Source of the DNA: a virus
Taxonomy: Duplodnaviria > Caudoviricetes
IMG/VR virus record: IMGVR_UViG_3300046167_000298
Location: 1 to 26,484 of that record
Length of the DNA: 26,484 nt
Reading direction: 5' to 3' (one strand)
The notes beneath the pieces were generated by a model. The model had not been told where the DNA came from. It made no database searches and saw only the letters and a list, made by a program, of their open reading frames with translations. The position numbers and the translations under genes are program-made. Of this stretch, positions 15,955-25,234 are shown one piece after another. Position 1 is the first letter of the stretch. Each line of letters opens with the position of its first letter.

Positions 15955-16511
15955 GCAAAGTCAACGAGACACTGATAGCGTTTGCAGATGATATCCTCAA
16001 GAGTGCGAAGAGGCATCTCGGAGGGCGTAGGATCGGCAAGAATAAGAATTACGGAGTCGCTACGGGTACGCTCAAGCGGTCTCTCAATTATCGCGTCCGG
16101 GTACGTGGGAACGAGATACGAGAAATCAGTTTCGGAGCCAAAGGCAAAGCGAAGAAGTATGCTCCATTCATTCACTTCGGGGTAAACGGCACGCGCAAGA
16201 ATCAAGGGTCTCCGTTTACGTTTCGCAAACAACCCCCGTCGTCCGTTTTTGTGAAGTGGATCAAAGCCAAAGGAATCAAGCTCAGAGATGAGAAGGGTCG
16301 GTTCAAGAAGAACACGAAGAGCAATATCAACTCCGCTGCTTTCCTTATGGCTCGCTCGGTCAAACAAAAGGGAATCGTCGGACTTCGGTTTTATGAGAAA
16401 GCATATACAGCGGTGAGCAAACGATACACCAAGAAACTCGGAGCAGCATTCGCGGAAGATATCGCGGGTAAATTCAAAGCAAACCTCGGAAACATAACGA
16501 TCAAGAACTAA
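15951..16511 (+). CDS. Putative tail completion protein (HK97 gp10-like)
   Basis: Likely start ATG 15951; basic; ATGTLKRSL, YAPFIHFGVNG, PP…KWIKAKGI and ARSVKQKGI motifs. Confidence 0.65.
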   Translation: MSKVNETLIAFADDILKSAKRHLGGRRIGKNKNYGVATGTLKRSLNYRVRVRGNEIREISFGAKGKAKKYAPFIHFGVNGTRKNQGSPFTFRKQPPSSVFVKWIKAKGIKLRDEKGRFKKNTKSNINSAAFLMARSVKQKGIVGLRFYEKAYTAVSKRYTKKLGAAFAEDIAGKFKANLGNITIKN

Positions 16512-17767
16512 TGGCATCAATTGACGCAGGACCGCAGGAAGGTTGGAGACCAGCCGGACAAAAACTATTGTTCACCCTTATCCCGGATGAGACGGTTGAT
16601 GACGCTTATCGCTATATCGTACAGGTAGAGGAGAACGGGACTATCATCTCGAAAATCTACTTGACTCCCAACCCAACGAATAACGCCTTTTTTGATTTGT
16701 CCGAAGTCATAGCGGGACGGTTGGAAGTGGATTCTTTGAAGTACAACACGACCTCGACGATTCACTCGTTCCATAACAAGATGTTCACCCGTTCGAATGA
16801 CAATATCAAGAGGTATCGTTTGAAGATTGGATATTTTGACGGAAGCACGGAATTTCTTGCTGAAGATACTTCCGGATATTACTATCTATTTGACGGATAC
16901 GAGCAGCTTTCCCAAGGGTTGTTTCCTTCGTTCGCTGATTACTACGGGACAGCATCAACAAAAAAAGTTTGGTTGACAGATCGTGAACCCGTGAACAACG
17001 TCATCGAAGTAAGTGCAGGGATTGAAGATAACGGGGTTGCAGCGTTTATCAATAGCGACGATACCGGGTCACTCATCACGAGGCTTGTAATAAACACCTA
17101 CGACACCGCGGGGAGTATTGACGATACAATCATCTACACGGTAAACGGAACCAATGGAGGACTTGTTCCAACTACCTCTTGGAGCGATTCAAATAACGAT
17201 GGGAGTCTTCTCTATGCTTATGTCTATCCCAGTTCATTGAGCGCGATCACGAACGCCCTGAATGCGGTCACTGGCGGTTGGGGTCATTACGATATAATCC
17301 CGGAAACGGCATCCGCGCAAACGGGAAACATTCTCCGCATCCGTAACAATTGCAGAAACACAAAGAACGAGCCTGTCCAATTGGCATGGGCGAACACTCG
17401 GGGCGGGTGGGACTATATCCGTTTCAATGGAAAGAAACAAAAGACGGTCACTCGTGAAGAGAAGACCTATCGCAAAATTGTAGGAGATTACAGCGCCTCC
17501 CAATTCAGCCTCGCTTCAAGCGCACGCGAAATTAAGCCGTACCAACTCGAAGCGAAAGAGACCTATCAACTCAATAGCGTTCTCACCATCGAGGAGGTCA
17601 CTTTACTTCAATACTGCATGAGGTCGAAGAATGTCATGGCACGAATCGACGGGACTTGGGTTCCTGTAACCATCCAAACCAACTCGATGCAAATCGAAGA
17701 GGAAACGGTCTCGAAGGTGTTCATCACTTCGTTCAATGTTGAACTCGCACAAATTATCCGATGCTAA
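16511..17767 (+). CDS. Putative tail structural protein (distal tail-like)
   Basis: 418 aa, beta-rich; LAWANTRGGWDYIRF motif; lies in the tail operon. Confidence 0.6.
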   Translation: MASIDAGPQEGWRPAGQKLLFTLIPDETVDDAYRYIVQVEENGTIISKIYLTPNPTNNAFFDLSEVIAGRLEVDSLKYNTTSTIHSFHNKMFTRSNDNIKRYRLKIGYFDGSTEFLAEDTSGYYYLFDGYEQLSQGLFPSFADYYGTASTKKVWLTDREPVNNVIEVSAGIEDNGVAAFINSDDTGSLITRLVINTYDTAGSIDDTIIYTVNGTNGGLVPTTSWSDSNNDGSLLYAYVYPSSLSAITNALNAVTGGWGHYDIIPETASAQTGNILRIRNNCRNTKNEPVQLAWANTRGGWDYIRFNGKKQKTVTREEKTYRKIVGDYSASQFSLASSAREIKPYQLEAKETYQLNSVLTIEEVTLLQYCMRSKNVMARIDGTWVPVTIQTNSMQIEEETVSKVFITSFNVELAQIIRC

Positions 17768-19977
17768 GACTCACCCTTGCAGGAAACGAGATTGAACTCT
17801 ACGAGAACGAGCCTGTCAACCTGAGCTATCAGTTCTCCGATATTCAGAATATCAACGCTTCATCAAGTAGCTTTTCGCAGACCTTCCGCGTACCACTCAC
17901 GAAGAAGAATCAAGACTACTTCGGGGCGGTCAATGAGTTCGGTATTATTACTACATGGGACCCGAAGGTCTAAGGTCGACGCGGAACTCACTTACAACAC
18001 GATCCCTGTCATGCGGGGATTTGCTCAGGTGAAAGCGGTATACGTTCAGAAAGGCAAATATGCAGACGTTGAAATCGCGGTATTCGGTGAGACGGCTAAT
18101 CTCTCACGGGATATCGGGGACGGGATGCTCACCGACCTGAACTTGTCTTCATACAATCACGTTTTGAATGCTACGAACATCGAGGCAAGTTGGGCGGGTA
18201 ATCTATCAAGCTCCGTAATCCGTTACGGACTTCCTGACAAGGGGCAAAACTGGACCTCTTCCAACCTATGGACGGAAGACAACCCACTCGAACACGGAGA
18301 CTTCACGCCATACTTCCAAGCCTCGAAGTTATTTGAGGAGATAATGACAGCAGCAGGATATACTTACGACTCTACTTTCTTGAGTAGGATGAGCGATGTA
18401 TATCTCGCTCTATACAACGGCAATTTGGCAATCAAGGGTAACAGAAACCCGCAAGCGCAAACGGCTTTTGTTGGGTATTCCGCAGACGTTACTGGGTTAA
18501 GCTCAATAACCTTTGCCAACCTGACCGGATTCTCTGAATCGGCTCCCTTTTACGATAGCGATAATAATTTCAACGGCACAACATACACAGCACCTTTCCG
18601 CGCTTATTACACTTTTCGCGTTTATGTACATGGGGTAATTGACCACCTCACGAACACGACACTCACAATGCGACTCGCAAAAGGAGGCTCGACGTTTTTA
18701 GCGACTATCATCGACAACCTGACCGGAGCTTTTTTCAATGATGAGTCTTTCGTCGTTTTAACTGACCCCATTCTTTTGAATCAAGGTGACGCAGTATCTC
18801 TTCAGTACGCTTTAACCAACTCAGGTCACACGGTAGACTTTACCGGGACTAATCAACTGGGAGCGGGTGGAACAGGTTTTGAAGTTGTAGAGATATCCGG
18901 AGCAACGAGCGGACAAACAGTCGACGTTGCCGCCAATATGCCGAAAATGAAACAAATCGATTTCATCTCAGGACTTCAGAAGATGTTCAATCTTGTATTC
19001 ATTCCGGATCGTAACAACCCAAAACACCTGGAGGTTGAGCCGTTCAATGACTACATGAGCAGCGGAGCGCAGAAAGATTGGACGAACAAGATTGACCTCT
19101 CGAAAGACATCACCATTGCACCCACGACAGACCTCCAAGCGAGGCAGTACGATTGGACGCATTCGAACGGGAAAGACCTTATCAACGACATAGTGTTCAA
19201 AAACGCTTCTCGGGTCTATGGAAGATACCGAGTCGATGACCCAGAGAACGACTTCGCTTCAGGCAACTAAAGAGATAAAGTCACCCTTTGCGCCTCATGT
19301 CGTTTCATACATTCCCGGCACGCAGTACGCAGTTCATAGGATGTTGATTGATACGGAGCAGGACGATAAGACTATCAAAGACCCGCTCCCGCGTTTGGCG
19401 TTTTGGAACGATCAACAGACGGGGACAATCTACTATCAGAACGATGACAATGATGATACCACTACAGACACTGAATATCCGGCTTTCTCGCAGTTCTCAG
19501 ACCTTGAGGCAAGCGTATCAGATGAAGACCTCGGGTTCGGTGCCGGAGCGTCCGTTCCATATCGTAGAAGCCAACCCATTGAATACCCTTTATTACACTT
19601 ATTGGAGACCGTTCGTGAATGAGTTGTATTCCTCAGACGCTCGCAAGCTCACCTGCGTTCTTCAGGCTCACACGATCCGAATTAGCGACCTTCGAATTCT
19701 CGACAAGATTTATATCAAAGACACGTATTGGAGGATTCTATCTATCTCCTATGACGCGACAAGTGAAGACCTCGTGAAGGTGGAACTTCTGAAGGTCTTG
19801 GGAGATATCCGCGACTGTCAATTCATCCCGTTTGGTATCGATAAGGCAGACGGGAAGATTCAATTCACCAACCTAAGCGGACAGACGGTCGTTCAGGTGA
19901 CTCGCGTTTGCTGCGAGAGGTACGGGTATTTCTATGATAACGCTTCATCCAACTGCTTCCAACCCTTTGAACAATGA
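17761..19977 (+). CDS. Putative tail tip / baseplate hub protein (several frame breaks)
   Basis: IELYENEPVNLSYQFSDI…SSSFSQTFRVP N-terminus; MKQIDFISGLQKMFNL, DWTNKID and DKIYIKDTYWRI motifs. Track ORFs 17761, 17933, 19218 and 19348 join through breaks near 17971, 19266 and 19543, plus a compensated pair near 19652/19701. About 737 aa. Confidence 0.7.
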
Positions 19978-20159
19978 GGAATCTTGACAATCATCGTTAT
20001 ATAGGAGAAGCGATCCAATTACTTCAGAACAAAGGCGAGAGGGTTCATGTCCCGCTTTGGTTCAAGGCGTTGGATTGGTTTCTGGCTTCTGGTTACATCT
20101 TCGGACTTGCTTTCCTTCTTTATAAACTCATTACATGGCTACTGAAAATATCGTACTAA
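19974..20159 (+). CDS. Small membrane protein
   Basis: 61 aa with a hydrophobic C-terminal helix; ATGA-coupled. Confidence 0.5.
   Translation: MRNLDNHRYIGEAIQLLQNKGERVHVPLWFKALDWFLASGYIFGLAFLLYKLITWLLKISY
19975..20000 (+). promoter_or_regulatory. Candidate late promoter for the phage sigma factor, TGAGGA-N14-CGTTAT
   Basis: Upstream of the tape measure gene; matches the motif at 10968 and 22647. Confidence 0.45.
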
Positions 20160-21718
20160 AAGTCACCGCAGACACAAGCGATGTCACGAAGTCAATTGAT
20201 AAAGTTGGTGAGAGCGTCGACGGTACTTCGGGGGCGGTTAGTGGGTTAACGGGTCAACTTGATAAGATGACCGGAGGAGCCGTGACGGGGTTCCGAAATA
20301 TGGTCGGAGGCTTGAAGGGTGGAGTCGCTGGATTGAAGTCATTCAAAGTTGCTCTTGCTGCGACTGGCATCGGTCTAATTCTTGTTGCGATTGGAAGCCT
20401 TGTCTCGTACTTCACAAGCACAAAGAAAGGAGCGGAACAACTGAAGGTAGCGACTCAAGCACTTGGAGCCGCGTTCGATGTTATCCGGGACCGTATCTCC
20501 AAAGTCGGTGGGGCGTTGGTCAAGTTCTTCACAGGTGACTTCAAAGGGGCGTTGACTGATATCAAAGGAGCGTTTACAGGAATTACCGACGAGATTATTC
20601 GAGAGACCAAAGCCGCAGGAGACTTACAAAAGGCAATGAACGCTCTCAAGGACGAAGAGCGGGACTTCATCAAACAACGCGCAGAGACGAATAAACAGAT
20701 CGCAGAAGCTCGCCTTCTTGCAGAAGATGACACACTCGCAGTTGAGGAACGTATCGAAGCACTTCAACGAGCGGTTGACCTCGAACAAGAAACGGTCGCA
20801 CGTCAAATCGAATTGGCTGAAGAACGCGCAAGAATCGCACGTGAACAAGTGGCACTCGGTGAGAGTCTTGAGGAAGATTTGCAAGCGGTTGCAGAAGCAG
20901 AGTCGGCAGTCATCGACTTGCAAACGGCATCCCTTCGAACGCAGAAACGACTACAAACGGAACTGAACTCGCTGAAGGTGGAGGGCATGACCAAAGCTCA
21001 CGAGGCAATGCAAGCCGAAATCGACCTCGCAAATGCGACGGTCAAAGCTATGGAGGAGCGAAAGAAAGCCGAACAAGGTACACTCCAAGTAACCCAAGAA
21101 ACAGCAGAAGCAACCCTTCAAACACGGACGCAGAACTTCGCAGATCAAGTCCTCGGGTCACAGACCACAGAGGAACAAATTCGCCAACAGCGACGAGAGA
21201 CGTTTGAGGACTTTAAAAACAACGCGGAACTCGCAGCACATCAAGGACTGCAATTAGCAAGTTTGAGTCTGCAAGCGGTCGGGGCTTTATCAGAGGCATT
21301 CACTAAAGACGATGAGAAGCGAGCAAAGCGAACGTTTGAGATAGGTAAAAAGCTCGCTATAGTTCAAGCGGTAATGAACACGGCTGAGGGTGTTACAACC
21401 GCACTCACCGACAAGACACAGCCTTCGACCATTCTCCGTATTCTTCAAACGGCAGCAGTGGCCACGGCTGGAGCTGCTCAAATTGCCACAATCAAACGGC
21501 AGGAATTCAACGCGGGCGGGTCTGCATCTATCGGAGCCGTATCACAAAACGCAAGAGGAACGACAGGAGCGATTCCGCAAAGTCCACAACTCGACCTCGG
21601 GTTCTTAGGAGCCGGAGCCGGACAAGCAGGCTTTAGGAGTTACGTCATAGCCTCGGAAGTATCGAACAGCCAACAGGCGAACCAACGAATTAACGATCAA
21701 GCATCATTAGTAGGATGA
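20135..21718 (+). CDS. Tape measure protein
   Basis: 527 aa, Ala/Gly-rich and coiled-coil; ALAATGIGLILVAIGSLV motif; C-terminal AQIATIK and YVIASEVSNSQ motifs. Confidence 0.8.
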   Translation: MATENIVLKVTADTSDVTKSIDKVGESVDGTSGAVSGLTGQLDKMTGGAVTGFRNMVGGLKGGVAGLKSFKVALAATGIGLILVAIGSLVSYFTSTKKGAEQLKVATQALGAAFDVIRDRISKVGGALVKFFTGDFKGALTDIKGAFTGITDEIIRETKAAGDLQKAMNALKDEERDFIKQRAETNKQIAEARLLAEDDTLAVEERIEALQRAVDLEQETVARQIELAEERARIAREQVALGESLEEDLQAVAEAESAVIDLQTASLRTQKRLQTELNSLKVEGMTKAHEAMQAEIDLANATVKAMEERKKAEQGTLQVTQETAEATLQTRTQNFADQVLGSQTTEEQIRQQRRETFEDFKNNAELAAHQGLQLASLSLQAVGALSEAFTKDDEKRAKRTFEIGKKLAIVQAVMNTAEGVTTALTDKTQPSTILRILQTAAVATAGAAQIATIKRQEFNAGGSASIGAVSQNARGTTGAIPQSPQLDLGFLGAGAGQAGFRSYVIASEVSNSQQANQRINDQASLVG

Positions 21719-22665
21719 ACATAATTGAACTCATAATTGACGAAGAAGCGGAGATGTACGGAATCGACGCTATCTCTCTCGTAGAACAACCCGCCATCGA
21801 GTCTGACTTCGTAGCTCTCAAGAACGAACAGATACAATTCAAGACCCAAGACAACGAGAAGCGTCTTGTCATGGGTGCGGCACTTATTCCAGACAAACCC
21901 ATCTACCGAAAGAACGGGGAAGAAGAATACTACGTGTATTTTTCAAAGAAGACCGTCCGACGAGCGATGGAACTCTACTTCAAAAACGGCAATCAAGCGA
22001 ACGCGACCCTCGAACACGAGCATACGTTGAACGGGTTGCACGTTGTTGAGAGTTGGATCGTCGAAGGAGAGCAGGACAAATCCCGGATGTATGGACTCGA
22101 TGTCCCGGTCGGTACGTGGATGGTCTCAATGAAGGTCGATAACGATGCTATTTGGGAGAAGTACGTGAAGGAAGGCAGCGTGAAAGGGTTCTCGATTGAA
22201 GGATTCTTTACGAATAAATACGAACTCGCAAAGGCAACCGTCAAAAAGGACAAGCGATATAAAGAGGGACAGCGCGTCGATATGGAGTCCTACAACGATT
22301 ACCCCAACGGAGTAAAGAACAACGCTAAGAAGGCGGTAGAATGGGCCGAGAAGAACGGGTGGGGGTCGTGTGGAACGGGAGTCGGAAAGCAACGAGCAAG
22401 CCAACTCGCAAAGGGGGAGAATATCAGCGTCGAAACCATCAAGCGGATGAGGTCTTATCTGATCCGTCACGAAGCGGACTTGGAGTCCTCGACCTCATTC
22501 TCTGACGGATGCGGGTATCTCATGTATATGGCTTGGGGCGGAAAAGCTGCTCTTCGTTGGTCGGAATCCAAACTCAAGGAATTGGAGCTTCTATCGGCTA
22601 TCGAAGTCGAACTCGGACTCGATTATTTAAAAAATCACCTAACGAGTAAGGATTCAGGTTCTTAA
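21715..22665 (+). CDS. Prohead protease (XkdF-like) with an extra C-terminal domain
   Basis: AISLVEQPAIE, KRLVMGAALIPD, NATLEH, VVESW, GTWMVSMKV and VKGFSIEG motifs; extension SYNDYP…CGTGVGKQRA…GCGYLMYMAWGG. Confidence 0.78.
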   Translation: MNIIELIIDEEAEMYGIDAISLVEQPAIESDFVALKNEQIQFKTQDNEKRLVMGAALIPDKPIYRKNGEEEYYVYFSKKTVRRAMELYFKNGNQANATLEHEHTLNGLHVVESWIVEGEQDKSRMYGLDVPVGTWMVSMKVDNDAIWEKYVKEGSVKGFSIEGFFTNKYELAKATVKKDKRYKEGQRVDMESYNDYPNGVKNNAKKAVEWAEKNGWGSCGTGVGKQRASQLAKGENISVETIKRMRSYLIRHEADLESSTSFSDGCGYLMYMAWGGKAALRWSESKLKELELLSAIEVELGLDYLKNHLTSKDSGS

Positions 22666-22673
22666 ATCGTTAT
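22647..22673 (+). promoter_or_regulatory. Candidate late promoter for the phage sigma factor, TAAGGA-N15-CGTTAT
   Basis: Ends 18 nt upstream of the scaffold start codon, at the head of the scaffold/capsid operon. Confidence 0.55.
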
Positions 22674-22691
22674 ATATAAAAACCCCAGAAG

Positions 22692-23279
22692 ATGACTCTG
22701 AAAGAACGCATCTCCGATATCTTCGAAAAGTACAGCGTCGAACTCGCTGTCGAAGAGAAGGAGGAAACACAAGAGGTCGCATTTGCGACTGCTGTCCTCG
22801 ATAGCGGACAGGAAATCCAAACCGACGCGGACGCATTCGCTGTCGGTGTTTCTGCTTTTGTCGTGAATGACGAAGGCGAACGAATCCCTCTACCGGATGG
22901 AGACTACAAACTTCAAGACGGCTCTTTGCTCGTAGTAGCAGAAGGCGCAGTCGCTGAGATGAAAGAGGCAGAAGCCGAAGTCGAAGCCGAAGAGGAGAAG
23001 GAAGAAGAGATGAAAGCGGAGACCGAAGAGGTTCAAGCATCATCTGAGGTGTTGACTCGAGAAGCTGTTGAAGGCATGATCGCCGAAGCTATCGAAGCAA
23101 CGAAGAAAGAATTCTCTTCACAAATTGAAGAGCGGGACGCGAAGATCACGGAGTTGAGCAAGCAAGCCACCCCTAGCATCTCACGCGCCCCAAAGATGGA
23201 GGTTCCAACTCCTGTCAACTTGACTGAACTATCAATGAAGGAGCGCATTGCCGCGATCCAAAATCAATTCTCTAAATAA
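22692..23279 (+). CDS. Capsid scaffolding protein
   Basis: Highly acidic; LPDGDYKLQDG motif and coiled coil; lies between the protease and the capsid gene. Confidence 0.72.
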   Translation: MTLKERISDIFEKYSVELAVEEKEETQEVAFATAVLDSGQEIQTDADAFAVGVSAFVVNDEGERIPLPDGDYKLQDGSLLVVAEGAVAEMKEAEAEVEAEEEKEEEMKAETEEVQASSEVLTREAVEGMIAEAIEATKKEFSSQIEERDAKITELSKQATPSISRAPKMEVPTPVNLTELSMKERIAAIQNQFSK

Positions 23280-24202
23280 TGGCTAACGCTGTAATTACTT
23301 CAAACTACGCAGGCAACGCGGCTCTTCCTTATGTCGCTCCTGCTATCCTCTCAGGCGATACCATCGCGAATGGTTATGTCGAGGTTCTCGAAAATGTCCG
23401 ATACAAAGCCAACCTTCGCAAGTTCGATGGTGTTGCTTTGCAAGCGGCAGGGTGTGAATTCTCAAACGCCGCCGGCTCTTTAACTTTGAGCGATGTTGTA
23501 TTGACTACAACAGCACTTCAAGTGAACGAGCAAGTCTGCAACAAAGACCTTCGCACTGCTTGGGAAGCCAACCAGATGCGCGGTCAATCGTCAAACTCTC
23601 CCGCAGACTTTCAAGCGTTTGCTGCTCAGTACGTAGCCGCAAAGGTTGCTGAAGGAGTCGAGCGCAACTTGTGGCAGGGAAACTATGCTTTTGACGATGG
23701 CGGAACCGACGGAGCATATACTAATTTTGACGGAATTTGTAACTTGATTGTTGCAGGTACTCCAGGACATGAGGACTTGTTGACGGGCGCAACTACAAGC
23801 GCTAACATCCTCGCACGTTTGAAAACACTTTCCGCAGATATTCCAGACGTGTTAGCGGGTGACCCCGACACAAAGTTGTATATGAGCCGCGCAATGAAGC
23901 AGCTTTACTTCACGGCTTTGGCTGGAACTGCTGAGTTGACTTTCCACGCTGCTGAAGCTGCAAACTTCTTTAACGGATATGAGATTATCACACCGGGTGG
24001 AATGCCGAACGACACATTCATCTTCTCGAAGAAGGAGAATCTGTACTTCGGAACTGACTTGCTGACTGATCACATCGAAGCGGCTGTTTTGAACTTGATG
24101 GGTGTAACGGGTGACGATGTTACTCGAATCATTATGAAGTTTAGCGCAGGGGTTCAAATCGTTGATTTGGGTTCTTTGGCTGTAGCTCGTCGCTCATCCT
24201 AA
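23279..24202 (+). CDS. Major capsid protein
   Basis: 307 aa after the scaffold; ITSNYAG, CEFS..GSLTLSD…LQVNEQVC.KDL, ERNLWQG, NFDG and NLYFGTDLL motifs; biased codon usage. Confidence 0.82.
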   Translation: MANAVITSNYAGNAALPYVAPAILSGDTIANGYVEVLENVRYKANLRKFDGVALQAAGCEFSNAAGSLTLSDVVLTTTALQVNEQVCNKDLRTAWEANQMRGQSSNSPADFQAFAAQYVAAKVAEGVERNLWQGNYAFDDGGTDGAYTNFDGICNLIVAGTPGHEDLLTGATTSANILARLKTLSADIPDVLAGDPDTKLYMSRAMKQLYFTALAGTAELTFHAAEAANFFNGYEIITPGGMPNDTFIFSKKENLYFGTDLLTDHIEAAVLNLMGVTGDDVTRIIMKFSAGVQIVDLGSLAVARRSS

Positions 24203-24209
24203 TTCATTC

Positions 24210-24234
24210 GGGGAGGGGCGTTAAATCCCTCCCC
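24210..24234 (+). other. GC-rich hairpin after the capsid gene (stabiliser or weak terminator)
   Basis: GGGGAGGG…CCCTCCCC stem without a U tract. Confidence 0.6.
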
Positions 24235-24248
24235 TAAATTCCTCAAAT

Positions 24249-24761
24249 ATGGCTTGTACATTAACAATAACAGGCAGGGCGTATCCCTGCAAAGATAAGA
24301 TCGGAGGAATCAAGCGCGTCTGGATTAAGCAGTTTGAGACAACCGATTGGGGGACCATCACGGAAGGCGAAATTTCGGCTGCAGTACCGATTACAGTCTT
24401 CGGATTTGAGATTACCAAAAACGCAGGGTCATTCCAACAAGCAGTAAACGCATCAGTTGAGAATGGTACTGTTTTCTATTCTCAGGTTCTCGAATTATCA
24501 TTGCCTAACTTGATTGCGGGCGATAATGAAAAGGTTGCTAATATCCTCAAAAACCGCTTGACGGTAATTGTGCAGGATGTCAACGACAATTACTTTGCGA
24601 TGGGTCACTCTACCGGGGCGGAAGCTACCGGGGGAACGGTCGGAACAGGAACGGCAAAGGGTGACTTCAACGGTTACCAATTGCAATTCACAGCGGAAGA
24701 GGCTATCCCAGCTCCATTCGTTGATATCGCCAACGACATCACGTTCACAGCGGGAGTTTGA
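24249..24761 (+). CDS. Major tail (tube) protein
   Basis: MACTLT.TGR..PCKD.IGGIK, ENGTVFYSQ.L and GTAKGDFNGYQL.F.AEE motifs. Confidence 0.7.
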   Translation: MACTLTITGRAYPCKDKIGGIKRVWIKQFETTDWGTITEGEISAAVPITVFGFEITKNAGSFQQAVNASVENGTVFYSQVLELSLPNLIAGDNEKVANILKNRLTVIVQDVNDNYFAMGHSTGAEATGGTVGTGTAKGDFNGYQLQFTAEEAIPAPFVDIANDITFTAGV

Positions 24762-24791
24762 TTTTCATTTTCTTTGGTTAGAATATAAAGG

Positions 24792-24821
24792 AAGGGGGAG
24801 GGCATACGCTCTCCCTTTTTT
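24792..24821 (+). terminator. Rho-independent terminator
   Basis: GGGAGGGC-ATAC-GCTCTCCC stem followed by a T run. Confidence 0.8.
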
Positions 24822-24829
24822 GATTCATT

Positions 24830-25234
24830 ATGATACACCTCAACCCAAACAGCGCAAGTCCTCAACCGATATATCTCACTCTCTCGGAGATGCGGAAAGA
24901 CTTTGCCGAATTCACAGACTACCTCGTTCTCTTTCAGTCAATGGCATCGAAAGAAGATTACTATTTGATTGGGTACGTGAACACCGATAACGCCCGTTAT
25001 ACGACCCTCCAAGTATACACGAATGAAGACAACCCCACAAGCGGTCGTGTTCGCTTAACTGAGAGCGGACTTTATACTTACAAGGTGTGGGGTCAAAACT
25101 CTTCCACTAACTTAGACCCGACAGATACCGAGGTTGTCGGACTGCTTGAACAAGGCACGTTGAATGTAGCCGGAGCGACAGGATACGACATCCCAAACAT
25201 CACTATCCCCGATAATATCATATATTACCAATAA
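24830..25234 (+). CDS. Putative head closure / structural protein
   Basis: 134 aa, beta-rich; GLYTYKVWGQNSSTNLDP motif; TAATG-coupled to the portal. Confidence 0.55.
   Translation: MIHLNPNSASPQPIYLTLSEMRKDFAEFTDYLVLFQSMASKEDYYLIGYVNTDNARYTTLQVYTNEDNPTSGRVRLTESGLYTYKVWGQNSSTNLDPTDTEVVGLLEQGTLNVAGATGYDIPNITIPDNIIYYQ

Noticed and set aside
17971-19270. Stop-codon readthrough or an alternative genetic code at TAA 17971 and 19268
   Set aside because: The coding sequence continues in a different frame, and TAA, TAG and TGA all serve as normal stops elsewhere.
7801-19977. Pseudogenes or programmed +1 frameshifts in the methyltransferase, terL, fibre and tail-tip genes
   Set aside because: Single-base indels without slippery motifs or accompanying nonsense mutations, mostly in essential genes; sequencing error is the simpler explanation.
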